From: Basidiobolus meristosporus CBS 931.73
Taxonomy: Eukaryota > Fungi > Basidiobolomycota
Assembly: GCA_002104905.1 (NCBI GenBank)
Contig: MCFE01000326.1
Location: 1 to 64,000 of the forward strand
Length of the DNA stretch: 64,000 nt
Direction of reading: 5' to 3'
The notes below the pieces were generated by a model. It had not been told where the DNA came from, ran no database searches, and saw only the letters and a list, made by a program, of their open reading frames with translations. Position 1 is the first letter of the stretch; every line of letters starts with the position of its first letter. A program made the position numbers and the translations under genes. Below are positions 61,501 through 64,000 of this stretch, in pieces.

Positions 61501-64000
61501 CCATTTTGATGATCCTCTCAAGATAGCACATCTGAGCTGCAATGTATGGAAAACTAAAACTCAAAAGGATGAATCTGTGTAAAACTTCTGTGATGGATTC
61601 CAAAGACAAAAGAGATTAGCTGGAGTTGATAATATGTTGCTCACAGCTCATTTTCTTTCAAGCTTTTGACACCAGCTACAGAGCAATATTGCTATTGGCA
61701 AAGCATGTAACCCTGCACATACTTATGATTATATCCCAGAGATATGTATGCTTGCAATTGCCATGCCTGCAGTGTTTAGCCAGACTTTGGGCAACACCTC
61801 TCAAGATCCAGATACAACTAGGAAAGTGATCAGTCATGTGACCAGGAAGAGGTCAACTGCTACCATGCATTGTCAGCTTCTTGGAAAATGCTATCATTTT
61901 ACCATTGAGTTCAAAGGCATCACCAAGCAGTCAAATAAGTCAAGAAATACCTCAGAGAAGCAGCAAAACACCAAAGTGATAAGCCATATGCTGATGGCAA
62001 ATGCTTTATATGTGGAAAGGTGGGACATAGATCACCTGCCTGTCCTGAGAAGAACTCTACACCATCAGCAATAGTACTGAGATCCTAGATGATCATTCTA
62101 CAAAAACAGCTAACAGTTCAAGATTATCACAACCTCTTTGAATTTCAAGGTAAAATTGCAACCATTCAAGAGGTAAAGCTACCAATGATGCAGCCAAAAG
62201 CCATAGAGGTGCCACTCAATCTCAACAGCCAATCATATGTAGCACTACTGGATACCGGATCATCCAGCTCTATTGTATCACCTAATGTAATCAAAGAATG
62301 TGAATTGAAATAGGAAAGCAACCAGGAAAATCATACTTGCAGCCAAGGACCTCTCAGCCCCAAAATTGGTATAACCAACCCAATCAGCATACATTGTGGT
62401 TCAATAACTATAACTTAGCAAATGGAAGTTATTGACATTCAAGATGGACCTCAGGTATTCATTGGTCTTGACACATTTTCCAAACTTGGCATTCAGATAG
62501 GTGGACTACCATATCTTATCCTGGAAGCACTAATTCTAAGCCTCCCCAAATATATCAGATTCCCAAATTATCCCACCCAGTCGGAAGAAGAGGAGTCAAC
62601 CCAAACTTTCAGGCATATTCTCAATCAGTCAAATTAGATATTGTGCCAGCCATACAAAGAAACCAAGCCATTCCAGGAAACAGTTTCTGCAGTATTCCAG
62701 AACCCATTATTATGCTAGAAACCCCATCTGGTGAGTCAACATGGAGAAGGCAATACCCAATTCTGCATTCATGTCAAAACTTAGTTGATGAAGTAGTCAA
62801 GAAGTGGGCCAACAGTGGAATTATCACTCAAGCCCATGGCAACACAGCATTCAATGGCCGTTTACTACTTGAACCTAAGAAAGGTGCAAATGGAAATTTA
62901 ACTCTGAAGAGATCCTGTTTGGACCCCAGACCTCTGAACAAACTTCTTCAAGGTGATAAATTTCCAATTCCAAGAATCCATGATATCTTTTCCTCACTAT
63001 CAGGGGCAAAAGTATTCTCCAAGTTGGACTTGAAGGATGCATATTACCAATTCTGGATCCATCCTGATCATCAGCATAAGTTTGCCTTTACTTGGAACAC
63101 TATGTAGTGCATGTTTTAGGGAACTCCATTTGACCTTGAGACACTTACCAGCAAGTACCAGAGAGTTATGACAATAATACTCATGAATGAACCATATGCA
63201 CTGGTATTTGTTGATGATGCCATCATATTTTCCACAAAGTATGCTGATCATTCAACTTATATTGCTGATGTAATCAACAGATTGACAGCTGCTGGACTGA
63301 TTCTCAATGCTGAAAAGTGCAGTTTTCCTTACTTCAACAGCAATCTACTTGGATCTATAGTCACACCAGCAGGCATCCAACTAGACCCTTTCAAACTGAT
63401 CAATATTCCTGAATAGCCAAAACCCCCTAGTGCTAAGTAACTTCAGCATTATCTAGAAGTATTCAACTATTGCATGGAATACATACCACTAATGTGCTAG
63501 TTGAATGCCACTTTAGATGTATTGTGCCATATCCCTGATCTTCCCTCTACCTGGAAAAACATGCATAACCAAGCCTTTGAGGTGCTCTGGAAACTGCTAC
63601 CACAAGCACCCATTCTATTCCACCCAGACCTTACTAAGACCTTTATTGTAGCTACAGATGCATCTAATGTTGGGCTAAGGGCAGTTGTCTATCCAGATAA
63701 AGACCAGAATCTGCCCCACTGGATCTCTTTCCAGGACAGATTCCTACAGCCTGCTGAGAGAAACTACTCCACCACCAAGAAGGAGCAACTTTCTATAGTC
63801 TTTTTCTTGCAGAAAGTTCACCAGTACCTATGGGGTAACCCTTTTCCCATTTACACTGACCACCAAGCTCTTGTCTATATCCACACTTGGAAGACTCTGA
63901 TTCCAATGCTTACTAACTGGCTTGATACTTTACCTGATTATCAATATACAGCTATTCATTACCCAAGATTTCTTAACATCCTACCTGACCATCTTACAAG
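61500..64000 (+). mobile_element. Ty3/gypsy gag-pol of another family, runs off the window end
   Basis: ALLDTGSSSSIV; RSCLDPRPLNKLL..DKFPIPRI..FSKLDLKDAYYQ; VFVDDAII; VATDASNVG. Confidence 0.9.

Noticed and set aside
1-64000. Classical CpA-targeted RIP
   Set aside because: CA/TG dinucleotides remain abundant while CG is missing; the diagnostic paired sites are CpG changes. A formal index was not computed.

Overview
This window is a gene-free, multiply nested transposon block from a eukaryote. A fungal host is inferred from the fungal-type tRNA-iMet primer sites (GGTTATGAGCCC) and fungal-type Tnp2 transposases. No host gene, rRNA, tRNA or CRISPR array was found. Contents: (1) two Ty1/copia families (LTR-A ~348 bp, LTR-D ~368 bp) primed on the tRNA-iMet anticodon arm, including one full-length copy (52799-57694) and three solo LTR-A with perfect 5-bp TSDs; (2) several Ty3/gypsy lineages: LTR-E (one two-LTR copy at 31758-36128), the related LTR-B and LTR-C families, and a further gag-pol running off the right end; (3) four copies of a CACTA/En-Spm-superfamily DNA transposon with CCCTATGAAAAAT termini and two head-to-head genes, one complete with a TAG TSD (14866-22935); (4) a MITE/foldback family with AGACTTGTTC termini, AWT TSDs and 10-bp-phased TGCC motifs; (5) an unexplained ~1.9-kb insert carrying a decayed zinc-finger gene inside a copia RT. 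CpG is almost absent throughout. The only long intact ORF (49703-51559, 618 aa) is Gag + zinc knuckle + protease in a non-autonomous LTR element lacking RT, RNase H and integrase. All alignments and counts were done by eye; some boundaries are approximate.
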